From positions 6,624,001 through 6,688,000 of the forward strand of contig OZ240241.1 of assembly GCA_965198115.1 (NCBI GenBank): a stretch of 64,000 nt of DNA. The letters run 5' to 3'. Positions 9,303-19,809 of the stretch are shown here, piece after piece. The DNA comes from Candidatus Latescibacterota bacterium (GTDB lineage Bacteria > Latescibacterota > UBA2968). The notes beneath the pieces were generated by a model. That model was not told the DNA's origin. It did no database searches and was given only the letters and a program-made list of their open reading frames with translations. Numbering within the stretch: the first letter of the stretch is position 1; every line of letters begins with the position of its first letter. The position numbers and the translations under genes were made by a program.

Positions 9303-10722
9303 GGCTCTATCCGGGTTTCTCAACGGTGAAACTGTAGAATGACAAGGTCATAGATCGTTCCCTACGCTTGGTTGTGTGTGTAGGACAATCAAAGCGAAGG
9401 GGGTGCGACCTATGACCGGGAGCAGATTACTATCGAAACTGCTGAGATTCAAGGGGTTCCGTGTTGTCAGCTGGTGGTTTGAGGGGAGAAGCTGCTTCGT
9501 CATCGCCGTAAAGCCACATAAGAATGGTTGTTGTTGTCCGGAGTACGGCCGTCGAGGTAAAATCGTCCGCACAATGCCCCATCCGCGTCGGTGGCGTGAC
9601 ATTCCGGTGTGCGGGTGGAGGGTCTGGCTTCTCTACCATCCTCGGGAGATTCGGTGTCCTACCCACGGTCGTGTGGTCGAGGAGATTCCGTGGGCGGAGC
9701 GGTTCTCTCGGGTGACGTATCGCTTCGAGTATGCCATGCTGCGCTACTGCCAGACCATGACGCAGAAGGCGGCGTCCGAGTTGCTGCGCATCTCTGCCTC
9801 GACGCTGTCGGATCTCCTTCACCGATCCATCACGCGGCTTCGTGAAGGTCATCGTATCCGAGGGCTCAAAACCATCGGGATCGACGAGATCTCCTACGCC
9901 AAGCGTCACAGGTACGCCACGCTCGTTTACGATCTGGACCGCTCCTGCGTGGTGTGGGTTGGCCGCGGCAGGGCGCGTAAAACGATCGATCGGTTCTTCA
10001 CAGAGGCTCTCAGTCCCTACCGGAGATCCAAGATCGAGTGGGCCTGCTGCGACATGAGCGAAGCTTACATCGGAGCCATCCAGGAACACTGTCCGAATGC
10101 CAAGCTGGTCCTCGATCGCTTTCACATCGTCAAGGCTCTCAATGCCGCCGTTGACGAGGTCCGTAAGGACCAGTGGCGTAAAGCTGCCCCGGATGAGCGC
10201 AAAGCCATGAAGGGCCTCCGATGGCTCCTCTACCGGCACTCAGCGACACGCTCCAGAGGGGATACTCGGACACTCAAAGCACTGGAGAAGGCGAACTACC
10301 GAATCTATAGAGCCTGGAGACTCAAGGACGAGTTCGAGCAGTTCTGGGAATACAAAGCGCCCTGGGCTGCCGAACGCTTCCTGAAATGCTGGACGACGTC
10401 CGCACTCAGAAGTCGACTTGAACCCCTGCGAAAGTTCGTCAGGACCCTGCGACAGCACTTCTTCGGCGTCCTCGCATTCGTGAACACGCGTCTTACCAAC
10501 GCCATCGCCGAAGGCCTCAACCGAATCGTCCAAATCGTCAAGAACCGAGCCAGCGGATTCCGCACACTCGACGCATTCAACGATATGATCTTCCTTACCG
10601 TCGGAGACATAAACATCCCTGAGCAGATTCCGAAGAGGTTCCGCACACTCTAACCGCGCCCCCATGCCAGGAACCACGGCACCTTCACCCACTTCAGCTC
10701 GTTGAGAGATCCGGATATAGCC
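9303..10722 (+). mobile_element. ISL3-family insertion sequence
   Basis: IRs GGCTCTATCCGGGTTTCTCAACG / CGTTGAGAGATCCGGATATAGCC; no matching target duplication. Confidence 0.93.
9412..10653 (+). CDS. ISL3 transposase
   Basis: Zn-finger-like N-terminus, IGIDEISY, CCDMS, LDRFHIV, TNAIAEGLN, ASGFR. Confidence 0.93.
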   Translation: MTGSRLLSKLLRFKGFRVVSWWFEGRSCFVIAVKPHKNGCCCPEYGRRGKIVRTMPHPRRWRDIPVCGWRVWLLYHPREIRCPTHGRVVEEIPWAERFSRVTYRFEYAMLRYCQTMTQKAASELLRISASTLSDLLHRSITRLREGHRIRGLKTIGIDEISYAKRHRYATLVYDLDRSCVVWVGRGRARKTIDRFFTEALSPYRRSKIEWACCDMSEAYIGAIQEHCPNAKLVLDRFHIVKALNAAVDEVRKDQWRKAAPDERKAMKGLRWLLYRHSATRSRGDTRTLKALEKANYRIYRAWRLKDEFEQFWEYKAPWAAERFLKCWTTSALRSRLEPLRKFVRTLRQHFFGVLAFVNTRLTNAIAEGLNRIVQIVKNRASGFRTLDAFNDMIFLTVGDINIPEQIPKRFRTL

Positions 10723-13084
10723 AGAAAATGGACCCCAGCGAAAGTACGAGGATTGCAAGTGATGGGATGAGGAAGAAGTGAATGCCGACGGGCACCTGGT
10801 TCGAAAACATTTCGAGGATGACCTTGACAGTAAAGTGCGCAGCGATGCTTCCAAGCACACAGCCGATTACAGCGAGGGCGATCAGACGCCGGGCGAGGAG
10901 ACCGAAAACCGAAGTGACCGATGCTCCCAGAACCTTTCGCACGCCAACTTCTTTCGTTCGCCTGGCAAGGGTGTGAAGAGCGAGGCCGAACAGCCCCAGG
11001 CACGAAATAACGATGCCGAAGACAGATGCCGTGTACCCAAGGGGTTGGAGAAGATTCGTCGCCTCCTCCATTTGACGGGAGATGATGACGTCGAGCGGGT
11101 TGAGTGTGCTGGGTGTATCCGGCGAGACCTCCTTCCAAATCTCCTCGAGCTGGGGAACGACCTCTCCGATTCGGTCGGGCTTCATTCGTATGAGCACCCT
11201 GGCCTTCTGCAATCCAGGGTCCTGGTGAAGAATGACCGGAAACATCGGAGCGGCGCCGTGGAGATAGACGAAGTCCTCGAGGACGCCCACAACGTGGGGA
11301 TGGTCGATTTCTCCGTAGGTGAAGGGCAGGGTCTGGCCAATGGCGTCGTCCCATTCCATTTTCTCGACCATATACTCATTCACGAGCACTTCGTCGAGCG
11401 GGCCGTCTGTTCGCAGATTCTTCCCCTCCTTTAGGGTCAGTCCGTACGTATCGACGAATTCAGGTGTAACGGAACCGTGGAATATCTGCATCTCGGGTTC
11501 TTTGATCTCGTAGAAATGAGCGCCCTGGCCGAATGTGGTCGATGAACCCGCAACGTTTTCGACGCCTGGCAAGGCCATCACGCGTGGACGGTAACGGTCG
11601 TAGAGACGTTCGAAGTCTTCGCTGTTGGGGTCGATCGCGAAGATGACGGACGGATCGTAGCCGCGATTGAACGTGTTCGTGTAGTCGAATTGTTTCAAAA
11701 CGATCTGGGTCGAAGCAAGGAGGAAGATGGCAGCAGCGAACTGGATGATGACGAGGAGACGGGCGAATCGGTTCTTGCCACCACCCCCACCCAGTCCTTT
11801 GAGTGCGGAGACGGGTTCGACGCGTGAGAGGGCATAGGCGGGATAGAAGCCGGCGATGGTCCCGACGGTCAGGGGCAACAGGATGATGAAGGCCCAGAAG
11901 ATGGGCGTATGGGACCACCCGAGCGCGTAGTTGGGGAAAAAGGAGAAAAGGGAAGCCATTTCAGGCATCAGGTAGTTGGCGAGCGATGCACCCACGACGG
12001 TCGAGATCGAGCATAAAAAGACAGCTTCGATCACGTGCTGGCCGATGAGGTGCGCCCGTGCGGCACCTGCCACTTTGCGCAGACCGATCTCTCGTGTGCG
12101 GTGGACGGATCGACCGAGCGAAAGGATGGTGAAATTCACGCATCCGACGAGAAGAACCAGACCCCCGAGCAAGCCCACAATCTGGATGAGGATCGGCGGC
12201 ATGATGAAGAGTTGACCGCCCCCCATCTGACCTCCTTCGAACATCTCGCCATACTGCTGAACATGGAGACCATAGGGGCTTTCCTCCTTGGACCATTTTC
12301 CCGAGCTGCGAAGATCGGCCTCATCGCTACCGAAGTAACTTTGCACTAACCCGGGCAGCCCGTGCTCGATGACGGAGCGATCATCGGGATGCTTCAGCAA
12401 GAGGAAGGTCATTGCGATGCGGTCGGAAAGATTGACCTGGGATTCGCTGAGCCCGCCACTCACAAGATCCCAGGGCAGTAGCGCTGTGAACTGAAGCGAC
12501 GACCGATACGTGGGATCGTAGGCGATTGCGGAGACCACCATTTCGTGCGGTTTGTTGGCCTGCGTAAAGAAGGTGATGCGCTGGCCGACGAGGTCTGCGA
12601 CGTCGCCATCGGTGAATCGCTTTGCAGTCTTAGCGGTGAGGACGATTTCGTTCGGTGTCGTCAATGGTCTGGTGTTTCCGTGCATGATGTCGAAAGAGAG
12701 TGTTGTGAAGAACGTGCTGTCGACGAATGCCATCGAATTGATGCGTGTTATAAAGTCGTCGATCCGGAGTCGTCCCCACGTTCTTCGGAAACGAACAGAT
12801 TCCTCGATCTCGGGAAACGACCGTTCGAGCTCGGGACCCAGGCTCTGTGGAAGCGTCGCGCTTCTGAGCTCCCACTCATTCTCTCCCGTGTCGTCGGTCA
12901 TGTAGACGCGGAAGATCCGGTCACCGTTGAGGTGGAAGTCGTCGCGGATCCATTCGTGCTGGAGAAACACGAAGACGAGCAGCGCACAGGCGAGTCCGAG
13001 GGTCAGGCTGAGGACGCTGATGAGGCTGACGCCCTTGTCACGGACCAGATATCGCCAGGCGGTGGTGAGGTAGTTGGTGAGCAT
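10723..13084 (-). CDS. MacB/FtsX-type duplicated ABC transporter permease, C-terminus clipped by ISL3
   Basis: MLTNYLTTAWR, RTREIGLRKVAGA, RRTKEVGVRKVLGAS; the last TM helix runs directly into the IS IR. Confidence 0.88.
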
Positions 13085-13196
13085 GAAACCCAGTTTTCGG
13101 TGTTCAGGAAAGACGGAAACTGATCAATTGAGAGCGGCTTGCTGTTTTTGATGTTTGAGAACGGGATATTGTTTCATCGTGCCTGAAAGTGACGCT

Positions 13197-13582
13197 TCAG
13201 GTCGATCCTGCTCCTGAGTAGACCAGCAGGATACCGAAAAGGATGGCGAAGATGCCGGATACCCTGATGAGCGAAGGACAAGCGACCCCCACCAGCCGAT
13301 AAACGCGTCGAGACGCTGGTGACCGACGACCAGGATGACGAACGCAGCGACGATGGCCAGGATGCCAAACGTTTGGATCAAGACGGGATAGCGGCAGTAT
13401 GGGGCGACTACGATGAAGACGGCGCCGAGGACGAGACGTCCGGCGATGGCCAACCTGAATAACGAAGGGCCGTGCCAGCGCTCGGTCAGGTCGATGAGTT
13501 TTTGCGGTCTGAAAACCCCTATGCCGCCCATTCCCACACCGAGCACGCCAAAAAGAGATACGATGATGGTCAGGTTTTGCAC
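13197..13582 (-). CDS. Small multi-TM hypothetical membrane protein (probable frameshift near 13286)
   Basis: Hydrophobic helices; the last helix IRVSGIFAILFGILLVYSG lies in another frame after a G5 run. Confidence 0.6.
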
Positions 13583-13594
13583 GCCGACAGTCGC

Positions 13595-14512
13595 TCAGGT
13601 GGAAGCGAGCAGACTTTCTTGCGTTTCGTGGAGTCGGGCGAGCATCGCCTGAACTCGAGGAACATCCTCTTCGGCGACGTCCTCGGCGAAAGGGATCACG
13701 GGTCCGCCGGCGAGACCCGCCGCATCCATCGCGGCGTGCAAGGCGGAAGCGCTGTAACGGGCGCCGCGTTCACCGCGGAAGTCTTCGAACGGCACCATTT
13801 CGCTGCGGATGCGTTCTGCTTCAGCCACTTCGCCCGCTTTGAAGGCCCGCAGGAGCTCCAGACTGAGACGAGGGACGAAGTTGGCCATTCCCGAGCTGAA
13901 ACCGACCGCTCCGGCCTGGAGATACTGGACGCTGGGATCTTCGGCCATTCCGCAAACCATTGCCGCCCGATCGCCTGCTCTGTCGTTGATTTCTTTGAAG
14001 AGGTCGATGTCGTCGATGGCGTATTTCAGGCCGACAACACCATCCCCTTCGCAGAGGGCGACGACGACGTCGGCCGGCATAATGTCGGCGCGTCGCTGAT
14101 AGAGGACGACGGGAAGACGAACGTCATCGGTGATCGATCCCAATCCGTCGAGCACGCCGGCCGCGGAACCGGGCCCGACGATGGGCATGATCATCACGCC
14201 CGACGCGCCCAGCGATCGTGCGATCGCACCCATCTCGAGCGATCTGCCATAGCCCGGACCGATGCCGGGTACGACGAAGGCGGCATCGTCCGCGGCGTCG
14301 ATGAACGCGCTGACGACGGCTTCGTACTCTTCCAACGTCGTATCGTAAACGAGCCCTGTGCCGCATTCCGGCATGATGTATCGAACCCCGTTGTCGATCA
14401 GGTGGCGGACGTTACCCTTTATACCATCGAGATCGATGGGACGGTCAGGGCGACGGGGGGTGATTGCGACGACGAGGACATCGGCGCAGTCGGATTGGGT
14501 GATCTGTTTCAC
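13595..14512 (-). CDS. Dihydrodipicolinate synthase (DapA)-family aldolase/dehydratase
   Basis: ITP, CGTG, VLYQR, VVGLKYA (Schiff-base Lys), GFSSGMANFVP. Confidence 0.88.
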   Translation of the reverse strand: MKQITQSDCADVLVVAITPRRPDRPIDLDGIKGNVRHLIDNGVRYIMPECGTGLVYDTTLEEYEAVVSAFIDAADDAAFVVPGIGPGYGRSLEMGAIARSLGASGVMIMPIVGPGSAAGVLDGLGSITDDVRLPVVLYQRRADIMPADVVVALCEGDGVVGLKYAIDDIDLFKEINDRAGDRAAMVCGMAEDPSVQYLQAGAVGFSSGMANFVPRLSLELLRAFKAGEVAEAERIRSEMVPFEDFRGERGARYSASALHAAMDAAGLAGGPVIPFAEDVAEEDVPRVQAMLARLHETQESLLAST

Positions 14513-14541
14513 TGTGGGTCTCCGTTAGTCAACGCTTCGGT

Positions 14542-15399
14542 TCATTGCTCAATGTCTGCGAGAATCTTTTTCAGAAAAACGACATCCTGTTGGACGATTT
14601 CCTCAAGACCTCGTGGTTTAGTGTCCGCATAGCCGACCTGGCGGATGATGGTTTCGTCGAATTCGTACTCGGTGTGGACGGCGAGCGGCCCTGTGAATCC
14701 CATCCTCGTGAGAAGCCCGAGGGCGCGACCCCAGTCGACACTTCCTTTCCCAAGAGCCGCGAACTGGGGCCTGAACGGGGGCGTTTGATCGGGCCGAGGC
14801 GCGTGAAAGCCATCTTTGATGCCGGCTGCTGCAAGGTAGTCGGCGACGATGGAGAGACCCATCGCGAGATCTTCGCCATCGAGCGCCATATGACCGAAGT
14901 CGACGTAGGCGCCGACGTTTGCGGGTTCGAAACCGGTCAACAGGTGCATCAGACCGGCACAGTTGGACCCCAGACACGATCCGCTGTGCGTGTGGTAGAG
15001 CGTCTTGACGTGATGCTTCTCGCTGAGACGCGCGAATCCATCGAGCCCTTCCCGCGCGTGGTCGAGGACCGACCAGTAGTCGTCCCCCTCCTTAAAATAC
15101 CAATAGCCGATCTTGACGAGCGGAACGCTCGCCGCCTCGCACGCGGCGTAGAGCCGTTGGGCCTCGCTCGACGATGGGTCGTTGAAGTCGACCGGTGCCG
15201 TCGCCAGGGGGCAGACGATGCCTTCCTCGTCGAAGACCTTGACGGCATTGGGAAGCGTCTGGTCGACGTTGTCGAGATTGACGGGATGGCCGGGGCGCAC
15301 GCAGAGATCGATGCCGTCATAGCCGTAGGCCTTGGCCGTCGAACCGAGATCGGCGGGCGAAAGCTCCGAGAAGAATTTGGAGTTCAGAATGATATGCAT
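14542..15399 (-). CDS. Sugar phosphate isomerase/epimerase (TIM barrel)
   Basis: GYDGIDLCVRPG, YHTHSG, DFGH, IKD, GKGSVDW. Confidence 0.85.
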   Translation of the reverse strand: MHIILNSKFFSELSPADLGSTAKAYGYDGIDLCVRPGHPVNLDNVDQTLPNAVKVFDEEGIVCPLATAPVDFNDPSSSEAQRLYAACEAASVPLVKIGYWYFKEGDDYWSVLDHAREGLDGFARLSEKHHVKTLYHTHSGSCLGSNCAGLMHLLTGFEPANVGAYVDFGHMALDGEDLAMGLSIVADYLAAAGIKDGFHAPRPDQTPPFRPQFAALGKGSVDWGRALGLLTRMGFTGPLAVHTEYEFDETIIRQVGYADTKPRGLEEIVQQDVVFLKKILADIEQ

Positions 15400-15407
15400 C
15401 GACGTTG

Positions 15408-17372
15408 TTATCCAGTGAGTGACTCAGTAATCGCGCCTCGCATCTTCAATATGTACTTCGATCGATCAAGAGGACAGATCCCTTTGTAGGGACGGATGAC
15501 GCCGAGATCGTCGTCGACCGGGTCGTAGCCGTCGAACTGGACGGAGAGGTTTGCGCGTCCCGACGTCATCGAGCTGAGGGCAATCGCGTAATTCATCGAT
15601 GTGGCGAGAGGGACCCGCCCGCGAACGACGAATCCGATGTCCATTGACTCGGGTGGATCGAAGGTGCCGCGCATTCGGGTGACGTCCGAGGTCACTTTGC
15701 CTATGAATTCATCCGGCCCGGCGATGCGGAATGTCAGAACCGGTTCGAGGAGCGTGGTGCCTGTTTCGGTGAGTCCTTTAAGTAGCGCGATGTGGGTAGC
15801 GAGGGCGAAGTTCCCCGGGCGACTGTGCTGGACGTGATCGCTTCCCGAGACGAGGGTGATGGCGAGGTCGGTGACTTCCCAGCCTTTGACGCCCTGCTTG
15901 AGTGCGCTCGTCAGGCATCTCTCGATCTCGTGTTGATACCGTCGCTTGATGTCGTTGACGCCGACGTCAGATTCGAAATGGATGCCTGTTCCTGTCTCCC
16001 CGGGGTCGATCCGGTATTTCACGATCGCCCAGCACGGCTTCGGCATCGTATAGCGATCTTCGCCAAAGCCCGACGTGCTGGGCGTTTCCCTGTAATTGAC
16101 TGTGGGCTCGCTGAAAGCTGCCTGGATTCCGAATCGGTGTTCGAGCAAGTCGGTCAGAATCTCGGTCTGAACCGCGCCCATGATCTTGACGTGAAACTCC
16201 CTCTCCTCGTCGACCCAGGTGAAATCGAGGTGTGGGTCCTCGCTCGATAGCAATTGGAGAGCTCCGGCGAGCCTGTTGCGATCGGCTTCGTCCTTTGGCA
16301 CGGCCTGAACCGACAGCAGAGGCTCGCTGAGTCGATACGTATCCGGAACGGGTTTCGGATCACCCAGGATGTCGCCAATCCTGGCTTCCGGCAGCCCACA
16401 GAGGAATCCGATGTCTCCCGCTTCGAGTGCGGAAACGTCCTCGTAGCGGTTGATGTAGCTCTTTTTAATTTGAGAGACCTTCTCCTCACGGCTGGCTGCA
16501 ACGTTAGCGATGACATCGCGTGTTCTAATCGTGCCGCCATAGACGCGGACCCCTGCGATTCGACCGAGTCTGTCATCGTGGTCGATGCGAAAGACGACCG
16601 CCGACGGGTCATCATCGACACGTGCGACGGCATCGGGAAACCAGTCGACGATGCCATCCAGGAGCGCCTCGGTTCCTACGCCGTTCTTCGCGGCGCCGCA
16701 GAGGGCAGGGAAGACCGCACGTCGACGAACGGCGGCTGCCAGCGCGGTCTCGACTTCATCGGGGCTCAGCGTTTCCTCTTCGAGATAGCTTTCGAGGAGC
16801 GCGTCGTCGGTTTCTGCGACGACTTCGGCAAGATGGTCGCGCTCTGCGGGATTCAGTCCGCGCACAGTCGCGTTCCCGCCCTGGTGTTCGGGATGATTGA
16901 GCAAAACGATGTCGGAGGCCAGCTCTCGCCGCACGTCGTCGACAACGCCGAGGGCATCGGCGCCTGCGCGATCGATCTTGTTGATGAAGAAGAGGACGGG
17001 TATACCGCGCTCGCGAAGGGCGTGCCAGATGGTCGTGGTGTGTGGCTGGATGCCTTCGACGGCCGACAGCATCAAGATGGCGGCATCGAGCACGCGGATC
17101 GAGCGTTCGACTTCGGCGCTGAAGTCGACGTGCCCCGGTGTGTCGATGAGGTTGATCCGGACGTCGCGCCAGGAAAAGGACAATGCGGTTGCCCGAACGG
17201 AGATCCCCCTCCGCTTTTCTACATCCAGCGCGTCGGACAGGCTCGTGCCCTTGTCGACGTTGCCCGTTGCACGAATGCTGCCCGCGAGGAACAGCATCTG
17301 CTCGGTCAACGTGGTTTTGCCCGCATCGACGTGCGCGACGATACCGATGTTGCGAATTCTGCTATTGCTCAT
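15408..17372 (-). CDS. TetM/OtrA-like (EF-G-related) ribosomal protection-type GTPase
   Basis: AHVDAGKTT, RGISV, DTPGH, NKID, EDPHL, MGAVQTEIL, GVKGWEVTD, LLEP; about 654 aa. Confidence 0.88.
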   Translation of the reverse strand: MSNSRIRNIGIVAHVDAGKTTLTEQMLFLAGSIRATGNVDKGTSLSDALDVEKRRGISVRATALSFSWRDVRINLIDTPGHVDFSAEVERSIRVLDAAILMLSAVEGIQPHTTTIWHALRERGIPVLFFINKIDRAGADALGVVDDVRRELASDIVLLNHPEHQGGNATVRGLNPAERDHLAEVVAETDDALLESYLEEETLSPDEVETALAAAVRRRAVFPALCGAAKNGVGTEALLDGIVDWFPDAVARVDDDPSAVVFRIDHDDRLGRIAGVRVYGGTIRTRDVIANVAASREEKVSQIKKSYINRYEDVSALEAGDIGFLCGLPEARIGDILGDPKPVPDTYRLSEPLLSVQAVPKDEADRNRLAGALQLLSSEDPHLDFTWVDEEREFHVKIMGAVQTEILTDLLEHRFGIQAAFSEPTVNYRETPSTSGFGEDRYTMPKPCWAIVKYRIDPGETGTGIHFESDVGVNDIKRRYQHEIERCLTSALKQGVKGWEVTDLAITLVSGSDHVQHSRPGNFALATHIALLKGLTETGTTLLEPVLTFRIAGPDEFIGKVTSDVTRMRGTFDPPESMDIGFVVRGRVPLATSMNYAIALSSMTSGRANLSVQFDGYDPVDDDLGVIRPYKGICPLDRSKYILKMRGAITESLTG

Positions 17373-17395
17373 AGGAGAACCAACAAAGACGCAGA

Positions 17396-17523
17396 CCACG
17401 GAATACACGGAATACACGGAACACACGGAAGAGTAGTAAGCCCAGGGTCCAGGGCCCCTTCGGGAATCAAGACTTGGGTGTGCCGGTGGAACCTTACTAC
17501 GAAAAACACGAAAACTCTGAACG
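17396..17523 (+). repeat. 9-mer ACACGGAAT array + spacer + GGCCCCTTCGGGAA, then a second 9-mer array
   Basis: 4 units at 17396-17431, motif at 17453-17466, 3 degenerate units at 17497-17523. Confidence 0.8.
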
Positions 17524-17578
17524 CAACGACTCTTCTCGTCGACTACCTCTCTAAACGTACCTTTCCGAGGCTGCCAAC

Positions 17579-18478
17579 CTATGGTCTGAAGGGCTCGAGG
17601 TCCATTTGTGGGTATCGAAGAGACACTCCCTCGATCGTTTCATCTGTCCAGAACGGATGGCCTGGTGGCGGGAACCCGAACAGCAGGAGCTGACGAACGG
17701 TGGCTTGTCCGACCAAAGCATTCCACGCCTCAGAATAGGATCGGTCCGCCCAGCCGGCACGGGTTCCCCATTCGGCGTCAGCGGGACGGTAACCGACGTG
17801 GATCGTGTAGCGTGCACCGCGTGGGGCGGTCAGGGGGGTGCCGCGATGGAACGTCCGGGTCGTGTAGGCAACGAGGGTCCCCGCCGGGCCTTTGCCAGAG
17901 ACTTCAGCCTCGTACCATTCCGGCTGCTCATCGCGTGAGAGCCAGTTCGGAAGCGCTGGGAAGCCGCGCGTCCGGGTCCAGGATACGAAGTGGGGTGGGC
18001 CGAGTTCTTGGGGAACATCGAACAGATAGAGGAAAATCTCGACCTGCTGGAATTCGTGTGCCTCGGTCGGAACGAGGATAGTGCCGTTGAGGTAATCCCT
18101 ATGGAGCGGTTGGTCGTAGTCGGCGGCACCCGTGTATTTTGCCCAAGCTTCGGCTGAATAGAGGCGTATGTCCTCTGTGCCGAGCAAGGCCTCGACGAGC
18201 GTAGTGATTTTTGGATGGACTGTCAGAAGACTCAGCTCGGTACTGTCGAAGGGGAAGTTGGTGATGCCAGCGAATTCATCCCGGTAGCGCGCGTTCCGTG
18301 TTTCGTCCACGCCGTCGTGGAATTCTTCCGGTGTCGGGAACATCTCTGCGAGCTCGCGCTGGGCAGGCGCGAGCTCATCGACTGAGAGTTGACCTGGAAG
18401 TACTGTAAAGCCGTGCGTGCGAAAATGTGCGACGGCGCGTGAATGATCGTCGGAACGCGTGCTTTCGGGTGTCTTCAC
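17579..18478 (-). CDS. PhyH-family Fe(II)/2-oxoglutarate dioxygenase
   Basis: FRTHGF, LHRD, TFHRG, ARY. Confidence 0.87.
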   Translation of the reverse strand: MKTPESTRSDDHSRAVAHFRTHGFTVLPGQLSVDELAPAQRELAEMFPTPEEFHDGVDETRNARYRDEFAGITNFPFDSTELSLLTVHPKITTLVEALLGTEDIRLYSAEAWAKYTGAADYDQPLHRDYLNGTILVPTEAHEFQQVEIFLYLFDVPQELGPPHFVSWTRTRGFPALPNWLSRDEQPEWYEAEVSGKGPAGTLVAYTTRTFHRGTPLTAPRGARYTIHVGYRPADAEWGTRAGWADRSYSEAWNALVGQATVRQLLLFGFPPPGHPFWTDETIEGVSLRYPQMDLEPFRP

Positions 18479-18484
18479 GGGCTT

Positions 18485-19678
18485 CTATGGTGCGTTCGTT
18501 TCGGATTTCAGGTAGTCGACGAGCTCACGACGAGATTCTGACTCTCCGTGAATGTCGATTGAGACGTTTGCCCATACGAGGGGGGTCGTGCCGTGTTCGT
18601 CATCTGTCGCGGAGACATCGGCACCCGCTTCGACCAGGAGACGTGCAACATCGACGGATGAGGTGTTGTGAAGCGCAGTCTGTCCCATATCTGCGCGGGC
18701 GTTCGGATCCGCCCCTTTGCTCAACAGCATACGAACGGCGTCGACTTCCCCAGCGGCAGCGGCTGCGTGCAAAGGCGTGCCGATGACGGCATTGACGCCG
18801 ATCTTGCCGGTGAACGAGAGTGCGGATGAGTCGGTGTCGATCGTCTCTGCGAGACGGGATGTCTCTCCGAGCGCGGCCAACTGACAGGGATTGGCCGATG
18901 CACCCTGCGAGATCAGATAACGTGAAACGGGTCGACCGCGTTCGCCCCGGCTGATGGCCGAACCCAGGGGTGTGTTGCCGAGACCGTCGACGGTGTCGAG
19001 CGCGGCCCCGTGATCGATGAGCAGACGTGCGATGTCCGGATTCGTAGCGACGTGGAGGGGCGGGGCCTCATTGAGTCCGGGCGTCGTCGCACGCGAAGGG
19101 TCTTCGTCGAGCATACGCTCGACGGTTGCTGTATCGCCCCGCAGCGCAGCGGCGAAGATGTCGACGCTCGCGTTTTGGCCGATGAGCAGTTGCACGACAC
19201 CCAGGTGTCCCCAATGCGCGGCCAGATGGATCGGGGCCCATTCGTAGTTTCCCGTCCCATTTGGGGCTGCGCCTTGATCGAGCAGCGTCTGGACGATGTC
19301 GATCTGTCCGCGTTCCGACGCGAGCTGAAGCGGAGTGGGTTCACCTCCCCAGCGGGGATGTTTTCCTGCGTCATTGATGATTTCAGGTTCTTCCCCCAAT
19401 GTGGATTCGACGTCGTCGAGATCGCCCTCCCAGATGGCGGCGCGCAGCTGCTGCCCCAGGAGATCTCGCCGAAGCCTCGGCCAGCTGTCGAACCCCTTGG
19501 AGCGAGCGATGACCAATTGCGCGTCGGCAAGCTTGGCCTGTCCGGGCGCGACGGTGCGCGGATGGTGTTCGGTGAAAGTTGTGGCTGACTCGGAATCCCC
19601 GTTTTGGAAATCCTTGAGCAGCTGTTTGGCTTGGTCTTTGAGACGGGTGAGACGGTGAGGAAGGGATTGAGCAGACAC
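18485..19678 (-). CDS. Ankyrin-repeat protein with conserved N-terminal helical domain
   Basis: GTG after AAAGGAG; LKDQAKQLL..LADAQLVIARSKGFDSWPRL, then about 8 TPL/APLH ankyrin repeats. Confidence 0.9.
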   Translation of the reverse strand: MSAQSLPHRLTRLKDQAKQLLKDFQNGDSESATTFTEHHPRTVAPGQAKLADAQLVIARSKGFDSWPRLRRDLLGQQLRAAIWEGDLDDVESTLGEEPEIINDAGKHPRWGGEPTPLQLASERGQIDIVQTLLDQGAAPNGTGNYEWAPIHLAAHWGHLGVVQLLIGQNASVDIFAAALRGDTATVERMLDEDPSRATTPGLNEAPPLHVATNPDIARLLIDHGAALDTVDGLGNTPLGSAISRGERGRPVSRYLISQGASANPCQLAALGETSRLAETIDTDSSALSFTGKIGVNAVIGTPLHAAAAAGEVDAVRMLLSKGADPNARADMGQTALHNTSSVDVARLLVEAGADVSATDDEHGTTPLVWANVSIDIHGESESRRELVDYLKSETNAP

Positions 19679-19803
19679 GGCGAACTCCTTTCGAGAGTCA
19701 CCCGACATCCGCATCTTCGGGCAGAAAAGAGTCGCTGTATGTGGTAGACCAAAATCGGGTGGGCGTTGGCCCTTTCCGCGGATTGGCTGCGCCCCGAGCG
19801 CAC
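19679..19803 (-). ncRNA. Putative structured cis-regulatory leader RNA
   Basis: Multiple pairings, including a 10-nt anti-RBS (19724-19733 vs 19683-19692), between promoter and start codon. Confidence 0.5.
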
Positions 19804-19809
19804 GCGCAA

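Noticed and set aside
15408-17372. Assigning a tet gene symbol or fusA
   Set aside because: Lacks the TetM YSPVST loop and is too divergent from canonical EF-G; resistance cannot be inferred
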